This document shows positions 10,158 to 20,434 of a stretch of 64,000 bases of DNA, one piece after another. The stretch lies in assembly GCA_964626665.1 (NCBI GenBank), contig CAZVGK010000003.1, positions 96,001 to 160,000 of the forward strand, in the 5' to 3' direction. Origin of the DNA: an uncultured Gemmatimonadota bacterium (GTDB lineage: Bacteria; SM23-81; DAOVCL01). The translations under genes were made by a program, and so were the position numbers. Under the pieces are notes generated by a model, which was not told the DNA's origin, made no database searches, and worked only from the letters and a program-made list of their open reading frames with translations. Numbering within the stretch: the stretch's first letter is position 1; the number at the start of each line of letters is the position of its first letter.

Positions 10158-10853
10158 CTATATCCCACGCACCTCCACCTTTTTTACCCACAATCTCATA
10201 ATCTCGGCAAATGATTGCAGCCTCTTCACCGGGTAGGGTTTTAGCTGTGAGTAGGAGGGATCTAAGGTGGTGCCAGGCCTAAATTGTTGCAGGGCATAGA
10301 GTCGGCTTCCCTCAATCAACTTTCCTATCTCCTCCAAATCCTCCTCCCCGACAAAACCAGGGACATAGGTGGTGCGAAACTCATACTCTATCCTAGAGTC
10401 CATCAGGATCTCAATGCTTCTCTCTAACCTCTTCAGGTCGATCTGGATGCCCGAGGCAAGGGAATAGCGTTTCGGAGAGGATTTTATGTCTATGGCAATA
10501 TAATTCACCGCCTTAGTTAGTTCCGTAACTACCTGAGGGAGGTAGCCATTTGTATCCACCTTCACCAATAACCCCAAATCCTTTAGCCTCTGGCAAAAGG
10601 GGACAAGGCCCTTCTCTATGGTTGGTTCCCCTCCGGTGATACAGACGCCATCGATGAACCCTTTCCTCTGCTCCAATTTCTCCATAACTTCGTTAGTTGG
10701 GATAGTCAGTATCCCCTCATAATTGAGGACGAGGTCCCTGTTCTGACAGAAGGGGCAACGGAAGTTGCAGCCCCCAGTGAATAAGGTGGTAACTATCTTT
10801 CCGGGATAGTCAACTGTGGAGATACCCTGTATGCCTTTGATCTGCAACTGCAC
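10158..10853 (-). CDS. Radical SAM glycyl-radical activase (anaerobic ribonucleotide reductase activating protein-like); start codon approximate
   Basis: DYPG..FTGGCNFRCPFCQN, TGGEPT, DTNG, YEFRTT; AGGA RBS precedes GTG 10853/TTG 10847. Confidence 0.85.
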   Translation of the reverse strand: MQLQIKGIQGISTVDYPGKIVTTLFTGGCNFRCPFCQNRDLVLNYEGILTIPTNEVMEKLEQRKGFIDGVCITGGEPTIEKGLVPFCQRLKDLGLLVKVDTNGYLPQVVTELTKAVNYIAIDIKSSPKRYSLASGIQIDLKRLERSIEILMDSRIEYEFRTTYVPGFVGEEDLEEIGKLIEGSRLYALQQFRPGTTLDPSYSQLKPYPVKRLQSFAEIMRLWVKKVEVRGI

Positions 10854-10998
10854 AAATCCTTGGTTAATGATTAGGGGGAAGGCCCAATTACTTCTTTGAA
10901 ATTTACGAATTAGAACACTCAACTGGACATCTAAACAATAGACCTCACAGCTCAATATCAGGACAGATGTGAATTATTCGGGCAGACCCTCAATTTTT

Positions 10999-12240
10999 TT
11001 AAAGTCCCAATTTGTCCTCAACATCCTCTATGGAGGGTTCCACCAAAACCGCATCCCTTTCCAATTGGAAATCCACGGCCTTGATATCTTTTAATCCGCT
11101 TCCCGTGACGAGGATGACCACCCTTTCGTCGGGGTTAACCCATTTTTCGCCAATTGCCTCTATCAGGCCAGCCAAAGCGGTGGCGCCAGCCGGCTCAGCG
11201 AATATGCCTGTTGCTTTGGCCAAAAGCCCCATTGCCGCCCTGATCTGTTCGTCGGAAACGGATATAAACCTTCCTCCCGTATCCCTTACTGCCCTTAACG
11301 CTTTCACCTGATCCCGCGGATTTCCCACCGATATACTGTCCGCTATCGTATGGGGGATTAGGGGCTCCACCCGCTCCTTATTCCCCTGAAAGGCCCGCAC
11401 AAACGGCGCGCTCCCCTCTGCCTGCACCCCTATAAGGGAGGGTAGTTTGGCGATAAAGCCCAACCTATGCAGATCTGAAAAACCTTTCCATACCCCACTA
11501 ATGATACATCCATCTCCCACAGGGACAAAGACCTTGTCTGGTGGTTTCCAATTTAACTGCTCCGCTATCTCCAGGGCAACCGTTTTCTTCCCCTCAACTA
11601 AGTAGGGATTGTAGGCTGTATTCCGGCTATACCATCCCCATCTCTCGGATGCCCTTAAACAAAGCTCAAATGCCTGATCATAGGTCCCCTTAACCAAGAT
11701 AACATTTGCCCCAAAAACAACAAGTTGAACAAGCTTTGCCTGGGGCACCTTGGCTGGAACAAATATGTATGACCTAATGCCGGCACAGGCGGCAAATGCC
11801 GCCATAGAAGAGCCGGCATTGCCACTGGAGGCAGCAGTTACAACCTGAGCACCATTTTCCAATGCCTTCACTATTGCGATTGAAGATGCCCTGTCCTTCA
11901 GCGAACCGGTGGGATTTCTGGTATCGTTCTTTATCCACAATTGCCTGAGCCCCAGCCTGGCCTCTAATTGGGGGAATTTGGTGAGAGGTGTCCAACCACT
12001 ATGCAGGGGCTGGATATAGTCCCCTCCCTCCACAGGCAATAGGGGAAGGTAACGCCAGAGGGAAAAGTCCCTATTCACAGCTAAATTTTCCTTGGTGAGC
12101 TTCTCCCTGATCACCTCATAATCATAGACAACATCCAGGGTTCCCAAGAGGTCCCCACATTGGGGGCAGGTGTATTGAACCTCCCCCGGCAGATACTCCC
12201 GGCCACAGCTAACACATCTTAGTAGCTTAATCTCTCCCAT
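10999..12240 (-). CDS. thrC: Threonine synthase-like PLP enzyme
   Basis: N-terminal CxxC..CxxC, NPTGSLKDR, ASSGNAG, PVGDG, EPAG, TGSGLKD; true substrate uncertain given context. Confidence 0.75.
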   Translation of the reverse strand: MGEIKLLRCVSCGREYLPGEVQYTCPQCGDLLGTLDVVYDYEVIREKLTKENLAVNRDFSLWRYLPLLPVEGGDYIQPLHSGWTPLTKFPQLEARLGLRQLWIKNDTRNPTGSLKDRASSIAIVKALENGAQVVTAASSGNAGSSMAAFAACAGIRSYIFVPAKVPQAKLVQLVVFGANVILVKGTYDQAFELCLRASERWGWYSRNTAYNPYLVEGKKTVALEIAEQLNWKPPDKVFVPVGDGCIISGVWKGFSDLHRLGFIAKLPSLIGVQAEGSAPFVRAFQGNKERVEPLIPHTIADSISVGNPRDQVKALRAVRDTGGRFISVSDEQIRAAMGLLAKATGIFAEPAGATALAGLIEAIGEKWVNPDERVVILVTGSGLKDIKAVDFQLERDAVLVEPSIEDVEDKLGL

Positions 12241-13544
12241 AATTTGCTGCTCAGTTCCCTCGCTCTTTGAGTGATTTCCTCCTCATCTATCCCCACCAAC
12301 TTTTTATCCCTCATCAGAATTTTCCCGTTGGAGATCGTGGTATCGACCACGGAGTTGGCCAAACCAAAGACCAAATGACCGAGGAGATTTTGCTCCTTTA
12401 GCTGGGTAGGGGGAAGATAATCCACTAAAATTAAATCTGCTAAGTAACCCTTGGCGATCTTCCCCACTTTAAACCCAGTAACCTTTTCCGCTATTTTCGG
12501 GTTGTTTTCCAAAAGCATCTTTGCTGCCTCGGCAAATCCGACTCTGGGATCGCCAGCGGTGTGGCGATGAAGCAAGTAGGCAGCTCTCATCTGAGCCAGC
12601 ATATCCGAGGACATCCCATCTGTCCCCAACCCCACTGTAATTCCCTTTCCCATCATTCCCCGGACATCGGCACTACCCACGGCATTGTTCATATTCGATT
12701 CCGGATTATTTACCACATTTGTCCTGGTTTCCCTCAATATGTCCTGCTCTTTATCATCAATATTGACGCAATGGACGGCAATAGATTTTGGCCCCAAGGC
12801 CCCATGTTTTGCCAATCTCTCCCCCACCCTCACCCCATATTTTCTCTGGCTATCCTCCTCATCTATCCTATCCTCAGCTATATGAAGGTGGATCCCACAA
12901 TCATATTTTTGGGCGAGATCCACTGACCTGTCCAGGGTCTCATCCTCCACTGTAAAGGAGGCGTGCAACCCCACCATCCCGGTTACTAAACCTTCTTGAT
13001 CTCCCAATTTTTTGAGGAATCTCTCATTTTCCGCAACCCCTTCATCGCCTTTTCCATACCTATCTGAGGCTCCCAGGCAAAGGCAGGCCCTCACCCCAAT
13101 CTCCTCGACGGCCCTTTGAATCTCATCTAAGCTGCCGAGCTGATATGACTGGGATTCGTGGTGATCAAAGATGGTGGTTGTCCCCTTTTTGACCCCCTCA
13201 ATTAAAGGAATTAAAGAGCTGTAATAGATGTCCTCAGGGGTCAATGCCCTATCTAACTTCCACCAGATCTTCTCCAGTATCTCTCTGAAGTTCTTTGCTG
13301 GCTCCTTCGGCGGCTTCATCCCCCGCGCAAAGGTGGAATATAGATGGTGGTGAGCACAGATCAGGCCGGGCATAATAACCTTGCCGGAGGCATCGATCTC
13401 CTCTGCGTTGGTTGGTTTTCCAACCTTGTCAGTCGGGCCGAAGTCCTTAATCCTATTCCCCTCGATTAAGACCGCACCGTTCTCGATTACCCTGTTCTCT
13501 TTCCCTAAGGTTATGAGAATTCCATTTTTAATGAAGATTGCCAT
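12219..13544 (-). CDS. ssnA: Aminohydrolase SsnA
   Basis: CAHHHLYSTFARG, WWKLDRAL, GLHASFT, NPESNMNNAVG, GTDG. Confidence 0.9.
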   Translation of the reverse strand: MAIFIKNGILITLGKENRVIENGAVLIEGNRIKDFGPTDKVGKPTNAEEIDASGKVIMPGLICAHHHLYSTFARGMKPPKEPAKNFREILEKIWWKLDRALTPEDIYYSSLIPLIEGVKKGTTTIFDHHESQSYQLGSLDEIQRAVEEIGVRACLCLGASDRYGKGDEGVAENERFLKKLGDQEGLVTGMVGLHASFTVEDETLDRSVDLAQKYDCGIHLHIAEDRIDEEDSQRKYGVRVGERLAKHGALGPKSIAVHCVNIDDKEQDILRETRTNVVNNPESNMNNAVGSADVRGMMGKGITVGLGTDGMSSDMLAQMRAAYLLHRHTAGDPRVGFAEAAKMLLENNPKIAEKVTGFKVGKIAKGYLADLILVDYLPPTQLKEQNLLGHLVFGLANSVVDTTISNGKILMRDKKLVGIDEEEITQRARELSSKLWERLSY

Positions 13545-13559
13545 TTTCAACCTTTTTTC

Positions 13560-13689
13560 GACAGGATAACAGGATTTATGGGATTAGATCAGGTGACAGT
13601 AGTCAGGGACAAGAGGTTTGAAACCGACCCCCGACCTCTGTAAACTGTCAGCCCTATTCACTTATCCCGTCAATCCTGTAAATCCCGTC
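13560..13689. repeat. GACAGGAT...ATCC(T/C)GTC inverted-arm repeat with heptamer core
   Basis: Arms GACAGGATAACAGGATTTATGGGAT and ATCCCGTCAATCCTGTAAATCCCGTC; related copies at ~15494-15684, 22042-22101, 43237-43295. Confidence 0.7.
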
Positions 13690-14899
13690 TAAAATTGTTC
13701 TTTTCCTTTATCGTAACCGCATCCACCGGACAGACACTTGCACACAACCCACATCCCACGCATTTCTCCTCATCAACCTGAGGAAGCCTATCCTGTCCCT
13801 CCAACTTCATCGCCTGATGTCCCCCATCGCGGCAGGCAATATAGCAGACATCACACCTGACGCATAACTCTTCATCAATCTGAGAAACAACGGATTTTCT
13901 TTCCAGTTCCCCTTGAGTAACGATATGGGGGAGGCTTTTCCCGATAATTTCTCTGACCTCGTTGCATCCCCTATCTTCCAGATAAAAGGCTAAGCCATCG
14001 ATCAAATCCTCAATTATATCATAGCCATAGTGCATAACGGCAGTGGCAAACTGAATAGTCCTTGCTCCGACGAGGAGAAATTCAACTGCGTCCTTCCAGG
14101 TGGTGGGCCCTCCCGTTCCGGTGATGGGAATATCCACATTCTTGGCGATTTCGGCAATCGTCCTCAGGGTAATCGGTTTTATTGCTGGCCCACTCATTCC
14201 ACTATAAGAGGATTTCCCCCTTACATTTGGGTAGGGGGTGAATGAATGGAGATCAATTCCCATCAGTGAGGGGATTGTATTTGAAGCACAAATGGCATCC
14301 CCTCCCCCTCTCTTTACCGCCTTAGCCACATCGACAATGTTTGTGACCTGCGGGGTGATCTTGATGACCACAGGGACCCTCTCTGCTGCCTCCTTTACCC
14401 ATCCAGCGACCTTTTCGGTAGCTGGAATCGATTGGGCAAGCATAGCCCCGGGTTCCTCTCCCATACTCCCTTGTGGACAGGAAAACGAGCATTCTATCAG
14501 GTCAACCCCAGCACTTTCTAATCTCTTCACTAAACCCTGCCAATCCTCTTTCTCTGACCCCATAATCGATGCCCCCACAACCTTATGGGGGAATTCCCTT
14601 TTCAAAATTTCTACCCCTTTTTCTATCTCATCGATATGATGCTCGGAGATTAAGTCAATGTTTCCTAAGCCGACTACCCTCTTCCCCTCAAAGTTTAGGG
14701 ATGAGATCATTGGATAGACCAGATCAACTGATGTCCCCTCCACAGATGTGGTCTTTAGGATTGCCCCTGCCCAACCGGCCTCGAACCCCTGTCTAACCAT
14801 ATCCAGATCATCAGTGGGGGGAGCCGCAGCTAAGATGAAAGGGTTCTCGAATTTCACCCCACAGAAATCCACCCCCAGTTCAATACCGTGATACTTCAT
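13670..14899 (-). CDS. preA: NAD-dependent dihydropyrimidine dehydrogenase subunit PreA-like
   Basis: NPFILAAAPPT, SCPQG, KITP, SGPAIKP, C-terminal 2x[4Fe-4S] with CRDGGHQA. Confidence 0.88.
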   Translation of the reverse strand: MKYHGIELGVDFCGVKFENPFILAAAPPTDDLDMVRQGFEAGWAGAILKTTSVEGTSVDLVYPMISSLNFEGKRVVGLGNIDLISEHHIDEIEKGVEILKREFPHKVVGASIMGSEKEDWQGLVKRLESAGVDLIECSFSCPQGSMGEEPGAMLAQSIPATEKVAGWVKEAAERVPVVIKITPQVTNIVDVAKAVKRGGGDAICASNTIPSLMGIDLHSFTPYPNVRGKSSYSGMSGPAIKPITLRTIAEIAKNVDIPITGTGGPTTWKDAVEFLLVGARTIQFATAVMHYGYDIIEDLIDGLAFYLEDRGCNEVREIIGKSLPHIVTQGELERKSVVSQIDEELCVRCDVCYIACRDGGHQAMKLEGQDRLPQVDEEKCVGCGLCASVCPVDAVTIKEKNNFRRDLQD

Positions 14900-14921
14900 T
14901 TCCCCCCTTTTTCCCTAAATA

Positions 14922-15841
14922 AACCACAGATTTCATGGAATCTCTGGAACACGAATGAGACGAATAAACGAATCTACACGAATAGATAGATTTACCACGG
15001 AAATTCACGGAATTACACGGGAAAAAGGCAATTAAAAATTGAGAATTAAGAATGAAATTTATGCTGGCTATCCCTGATCCCCGGAAACTGACTCTTGATC
15101 CCTGTTTTTCTGTGCATAGTCCGTGGTTATCCGTGGTGAAGTCCTTGTGCAGGGCTCCGCCCTGACAGGGAACCTTTTTCTCTGACAGGATGACAGGATA
15201 AAAAGCAGTTGTCAGTGATCAGGGCCAGGAACTGATCCCCGTCCGCTGAAACCAGTCTCCTCTCCCTTGACGGGGAAGGGCTAAGGAGAGGGTGAAATAG
15301 TTTTCCCCCCTCACCCTAACCCTCTCCCCCCAGAGGAGAGGGAACCGTAAAAGGCAGGAGTCAGTTGTCAGTAGTCAGTTATCGGGAACAACTCCCAAAC
15401 CCATGTGCTGTCAGGGCTCTGCCCTGACAGGGAGATCCCTTTGTGGATGATAACATCCACAAAGAGCGCTGGGATTCTGTCTAAGTCTTCTCTGACAGGA
15501 TAACAGGATAAACGGGATTAAGTGAACCTCCCTGCTCCAGGCTGGGCATCCCAAAACAGTCTCCTCCCCCTTTACGGGGGAGGACTAAGGAGAGGGTGTA
15601 AAAAGTAATCCGTTACCTCCCTCACCCTAATCTTCTCCGCTCAATTTCAGTAATATTTATCCAGTCAATCATGTAAATCCTGTCTAAATTCCTGTGCTGT
15701 CAGGGCTCTGCCCTGACAGGGGGAGTCCTTTTGTGGATGATAACATCCACAAAGAGCACTGGGTTCTTCGTAAAGAAAACCTTCTTTTCTTGGCTTCATA
15801 ACACAGATTTTGATAATCCGTGAAATCAGTGGAATCCGTGG
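14922..15841. repeat. Large nested repeat mosaic
   Basis: Outer CCACAGATT/AATCCGTGG arms; inner CCACGG element, 3x TGTCAGGGCTCTGCCCTGACAGG-like, 2x TTTGTGGATGATAACATCCACAAA, 2x GAGAGGGTG/CCCTCACCCTAA units. Confidence 0.85.
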
Positions 15842-15848
15842 CTCCATC

Positions 15849-18800
15849 CTATTTTATCACCACTAGCTTTTTGACGGCAGTGAAATTACCTGCCTCGAGT
15901 CGATATAGATAAACCCCGCTGGCCAATCCTCTGGCATCCCAACGGACTGACCTGTATCCGACCCCCTGATACTCATCTACCAATGTCGCCACCTTCTGCC
16001 CCAGCAGGTTGTAAATCTCCAGCCTAACCTGAGCATCCCTGGGCAGAGCATACTTGATCTCCGTAGTGGGATTGAAGGGGTTGGGGTAGTTTTGGGAAAG
16101 GGCAAAAGCTTGTGGAATACCAAATACTCCCCTCTCCCTTACCCCCTCTTTCCCTACCACAAACCACCAGGGGGAAACATCGCTGTTTGATCCCCAGGTA
16201 GTCAGGCTATCCGTGTCCATAGCTACCACCTTCCAATAGTATCTGGTGTTGTCATCTAAGGGAATGCCCGGTGGAATTGTAAAGTGAGTATCGGCAGGAG
16301 AAATAACCCTTACTCCCTGGGAGAAGGTGCTATCCGGGCTAAGGTAAATCGTATAGGTGACATAGTCCCATAGGTCATTATCCGTGGCCTTATGCCAGAG
16401 GAAGGTGGGAGTTGTGGAGACGGAATCTATGCCCAGTTCTGGCTCTATGAGGGAAAAGGGATTGGGAGGCTCCAAGGCTACATTGGTGAAGAATTTCCAG
16501 GTATCCGTAGATGTGGTTAAGCTCTCCTTATCTACGGCTACTACCTTCCAGAAGTATTGAGAGTTGTCGGATAACTCCTCTGTAGGGATATAGCAGTTGC
16601 TGTTCACAACCGTGGGGGTAGCCCCGCTGAAGTTGCTGTCCTGGCCAACCCAGAGGAGATAGTGAATAGAGTCGGCAATATCGTTGTCTGTGGCATTCTC
16701 CCAGTAGAAGATAGGGGTGAGGTCAACCTCCACGCTGTTCTGGGTAGGGGTGACCAGGTTGAAGCTGTTGGGGTCTTCGTTGGCCGTATTAGTGATAAAG
16801 GCCTGATAGCCCTCTTCATCCTCCACCGTAGCACCAGCTAAGTCCTGAGCCACTACCTTCCAGTAGTAGAGCTGATTGTCCTCCAAGGGGGTCTTGATCT
16901 GATAGACGCTCTCTCCTCCCACCTCAACTTGCACCTGAGAGGGGACGTCCTTTCCATAGAAGAGGGTATAGGTAACCACATCTCCAGGATCGGGGTCTAT
17001 GGAGGTCTCCCAATCCAGTATGGGCTTTAGGGTGGTCACCTCACCTCCATCGGCGGGGGTTAGAAGATGGAAGCTACCTGGCGGATTGTTTTCAGAGTTG
17101 ATAATAAAGGAGCTTGAGGCCATCCATTCCCCATTTTCAAAACCATCATAAGCACTTGCCCTCCACCAGTATTGGTGATTATCCTCCAAAGGGACATCAA
17201 TCAGCCAAATTGTGGAATCTATCCCCTCTTCTACTCCAGTGGCCGATGTGACCAGGTTGCTCAATAGGCTATCGCTGTAAACCTCAAAGCCATAGATAAG
17301 ACTATCGCCTTCGGCATCTGTGCAATTGGAAATGATCAAAGTCACTATGCTATCGCTGATTACCTCTCCTTCTTTAGGGCTTAAACCCAGGGGGATGGTG
17401 GGAAGACTATTCATCCTGAAGGAAAGGCTGGCCCAACTTGCCCATAAATCATCAGTATTCTTCACCCTGGCTCTCAAATAGTAGGTTTCCACATCAATCA
17501 AGGAATCCCCAGCATAGGTTACAAAGGTGTCCGCACTGCTCACCTCTCCGCTATCCCACATCTCGGCCACCGACCAGTCATCATCAGTTCCCACCTGAAC
17601 CTGAAAGCCATCTTGAGGCAAGCTTTGCAGATCAGAATATGACCAGGTGATAAGTGGCTGATGACTAACCAGATGCTCTATATCTTCCGATCCCCCAATA
17701 TCCAGATTGGAAATGAAGGGATGCGGATTTTCCCCTACGAGAACGGTAGTAAACTTGGTAGAATCCACATCGGAAGTAATGGTAATCGTCTCCCCAACCG
17801 TAGCCCCAATAGATACCCCTTCCACACTCACGGTATCTATCAAAGCAGTTCCTCTGAATATGCCAGAGACTGAATCAGTTTCCGTAAGAGCAACACTAAT
17901 ATATTGGGTAGTGAAGTTACTGGTTATAGCAACTGTAGTCTGATCGACGCAGATGGAATCGCTGTCTTGACCTTCAAGCTGGATATACATCGTCGCCCCA
18001 ATCCACAAATTGGTGGTTAAGTTGCTGGTATAGGTTTCATCCGACTTCAACACAACCGAATACACTGAGTCCGGCTCACCAAGAGCTGGAGAGGTAAGAA
18101 TGGGGCTATACAGGACTTTCCCCAAGGTTATGTCATCGTAATAATCCCAAATCCTGGCGTCGATCGAATCCGTATTAGTTGTCCCCCACCAATTGTTGCT
18201 GGCATCAATATCAGTATCTTGATCGTATCCAAGCTTTACCTCATATTTGCCATTAGTGATCAAATTGTTCTGGTTTATATGAGCGTCTGAATTTTGGTCA
18301 CAGTAAATTCCCCCCCACTCAGGAGAGGCAAAATTCCCAGCTATGAGGTTATTACTAAGGGTCAGAGAGCACCACTTACAAGAAATTGCAACCCCTAAGT
18401 TCGCAGTTATAGTATTGTTCGTAATAGACAAAGTTGAGTGGGAGCAACCGAGGGCAACCCCTGAATTTCCAGTTATGATATTCTCGAGAATAGCTAAAGG
18501 GGCATATGAACATTGAATGCCGCCACCACGATTTTTGCTTATAGTGTTGCCTGTAATAGGTGATGCTCCATGATAGTAATAGACACCACCACCAGAGTAA
18601 GCAGAGTTCCCGGTTATTATGTTGCCCGTGATAGACGGGGAGGAATACTCACAATACACGCCACCACCTTTACCATCACTTGAGGCAAAGTTTCCCGTTA
18701 TTGTATTGTCAACGATATTGGGGGACGATTCGAAATAGCAAGAGATGCCACCACCATTGCCATGATAGGAAGTTTCAGTTATCGTATTTCTATCTATGAT

Positions 18801-19508
18801 GTTCTCAGTGATAATTGGTGACGAATGGTCTTCGCATTCAATACCAGCCCCACCCATTTTGGCGAGATTTCCTTCTATAGTGTTACTGGAGATAATCGGA
18901 GAAGAATACTGATAACAGCGGATACCACCGCCATAAGCGTAAGTGAGGTTCAAATTATTGTGCTGAATGTAATTTCCTATAATAATGGGGGACGAATTGT
19001 GACAGTTAACGGCGGGGCCAGAACTTTCGGTTATACTACTATGGATTATAAGCGGAGAGGTGTAATCGCAATAGACAGCTCCATCGCCGCCGCCATATTC
19101 AATTCTGGAGTATTCAATAATACATCCACTTACATAGTTGCCCAGTGAATCCAAAACGGCATCAACGCTGGTATCAACAAACTTCATACTTCCCCAATCC
19201 CCTGGCGCTGGTGTGGCATTGTTAGAAGTAAACAGAATGCTATCCGTTACTGTCCCCCTGGCTATCAATTCACCGCCAATGTTTAGAGATAGGCTATCGT
19301 TGAATTTCACCGTTACCCCAGGCTCAATGGTTAGGGTTGCTCTTTCAGCCACCTCCACTGTTCCCACCACAATATATGGACTACCAGCCACCGTCCAGAT
19401 TGTATTAGAGTTGATACCACCGCTAACCTCCGTATCGGCAATGGCCAATTGGACTCCAAAGCTGAGCAAAAACACCATTGCCACCAAACTTACTTCAATC
19501 TTTCTCAT
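15849..19508 (-). CDS. Large secreted protein: right-handed beta-helix, tandem Ig/FN3-like repeats, C-terminal sorting domain
   Basis: Signal peptide from MRKIEV (GAGGAG RBS), GSPY..LTIEPG cap, many GGGIxC..SSP.I..N.I..N repeats, repeated YYWKVVA, SQNYPNPFNP...LASGVYLYRL. Confidence 0.8.
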   Translation of the reverse strand: MRKIEVSLVAMVFLLSFGVQLAIADTEVSGGINSNTIWTVAGSPYIVVGTVEVAERATLTIEPGVTVKFNDSLSLNIGGELIARGTVTDSILFTSNNATPAPGDWGSMKFVDTSVDAVLDSLGNYVSGCIIEYSRIEYGGGDGAVYCDYTSPLIIHSSITESSGPAVNCHNSSPIIIGNYIQHNNLNLTYAYGGGIRCYQYSSPIISSNTIEGNLAKMGGAGIECEDHSSPIITENIIDRNTITETSYHGNGGGISCYFESSPNIVDNTITGNFASSDGKGGGVYCEYSSPSITGNIITGNSAYSGGGVYYYHGASPITGNTISKNRGGGIQCSYAPLAILENIITGNSGVALGCSHSTLSITNNTITANLGVAISCKWCSLTLSNNLIAGNFASPEWGGIYCDQNSDAHINQNNLITNGKYEVKLGYDQDTDIDASNNWWGTTNTDSIDARIWDYYDDITLGKVLYSPILTSPALGEPDSVYSVVLKSDETYTSNLTTNLWIGATMYIQLEGQDSDSICVDQTTVAITSNFTTQYISVALTETDSVSGIFRGTALIDTVSVEGVSIGATVGETITITSDVDSTKFTTVLVGENPHPFISNLDIGGSEDIEHLVSHQPLITWSYSDLQSLPQDGFQVQVGTDDDWSVAEMWDSGEVSSADTFVTYAGDSLIDVETYYLRARVKNTDDLWASWASLSFRMNSLPTIPLGLSPKEGEVISDSIVTLIISNCTDAEGDSLIYGFEVYSDSLLSNLVTSATGVEEGIDSTIWLIDVPLEDNHQYWWRASAYDGFENGEWMASSSFIINSENNPPGSFHLLTPADGGEVTTLKPILDWETSIDPDPGDVVTYTLFYGKDVPSQVQVEVGGESVYQIKTPLEDNQLYYWKVVAQDLAGATVEDEEGYQAFITNTANEDPNSFNLVTPTQNSVEVDLTPIFYWENATDNDIADSIHYLLWVGQDSNFSGATPTVVNSNCYIPTEELSDNSQYFWKVVAVDKESLTTSTDTWKFFTNVALEPPNPFSLIEPELGIDSVSTTPTFLWHKATDNDLWDYVTYTIYLSPDSTFSQGVRVISPADTHFTIPPGIPLDDNTRYYWKVVAMDTDSLTTWGSNSDVSPWWFVVGKEGVRERGVFGIPQAFALSQNYPNPFNPTTEIKYALPRDAQVRLEIYNLLGQKVATLVDEYQGVGYRSVRWDARGLASGVYLYRLEAGNFTAVKKLVVIK

Positions 19509-19608
19509 CTTACTCCTCTCCTTTCTTGGTTTTTCAGGGATTCTGCATTTTATTTGTCTTCTACTTGCTCCTATATTTCTAACTTTTAACAGCAAGCCGA
19601 TGTGGTTT

Positions 19609-20433
19609 TCATATAACGAAAAAACTCGCCTGTGTTGCGATATCTTTGATTAATGTCTTGGCTTTCACTCTACGATGGGTAACAATAAATTCAAACATTT
19701 CAAAAAGGTCCTCTGTTATCTGTATAAGTCTTTCATTCGATGCGTAATTATGAGGTTGTCCATGTTTAAAAAGGTATGTTCGCCCTCGGCAGGTCACTTT
19801 AAGATCCGATTCGTCTCTGGCAAAGTATACTCCATTATTATGTATGCAATTTCTAATAGCTGATAACATTTTAAGAGCTTCCCGAAAAATATGAGGATCA
19901 GGTAAGCTTAAATGCTGAAAAAGACTTAGCCAGACTCTGCTGAACTCCTTATTCGCTTTATTACCAGGATCAATTGCTCTTAATATCGAACGCATTGCAG
20001 ACTCTACTACGCTGGAAAGCGAGAAGATAAATCCGCTCCGTATATACACTTCGAATTGTTTCCCTACTATACAAGCGTCTGATTTAGAAGCGGGAGACAT
20101 AATTTTTTGTACCCAATTTATGTCTAATGCATAATGAGCAGCATAATACAGTGCAAGATCACACGATCTTATGAGATTACAGAGCGCCCAAAATAAACGA
20201 ATCCGGATATCCTGATTAGCATCCCAGGAATAGTTTTGTAGAAGTCTCTTGCTTTGATTTTCGATGGTGACCCGTAAAGCCTCAAAATCTTTCATGCATT
20301 TAAGAAGGTTTGTCGGCGTTGGCATGATCACAACGGTATTTCGGCTCCCTAATCCAGATATTGACGGGAAATTTGAGGAGGAACTTCTATTTTCATCTCC
20401 CTCTGTACCGGTTTTGAAATTGTCATTTCTCAT
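19609..20433 (-). CDS. Hypothetical protein with HEPN-like RNxxH motif
   Basis: Helical-looking protein, SLSSVVES and IRNCIHNNG motifs; low GC. Confidence 0.55.
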   Translation of the reverse strand: MRNDNFKTGTEGDENRSSSSNFPSISGLGSRNTVVIMPTPTNLLKCMKDFEALRVTIENQSKRLLQNYSWDANQDIRIRLFWALCNLIRSCDLALYYAAHYALDINWVQKIMSPASKSDACIVGKQFEVYIRSGFIFSLSSVVESAMRSILRAIDPGNKANKEFSRVWLSLFQHLSLPDPHIFREALKMLSAIRNCIHNNGVYFARDESDLKVTCRGRTYLFKHGQPHNYASNERLIQITEDLFEMFEFIVTHRRVKAKTLIKDIATQASFFVI

Positions 20434-20434
20434 T

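Noticed and set aside
14922-15841. CRISPR array
   Set aside because: Repeats are palindromes of several kinds with irregular spacing and no unique uniform spacers; no cas genes
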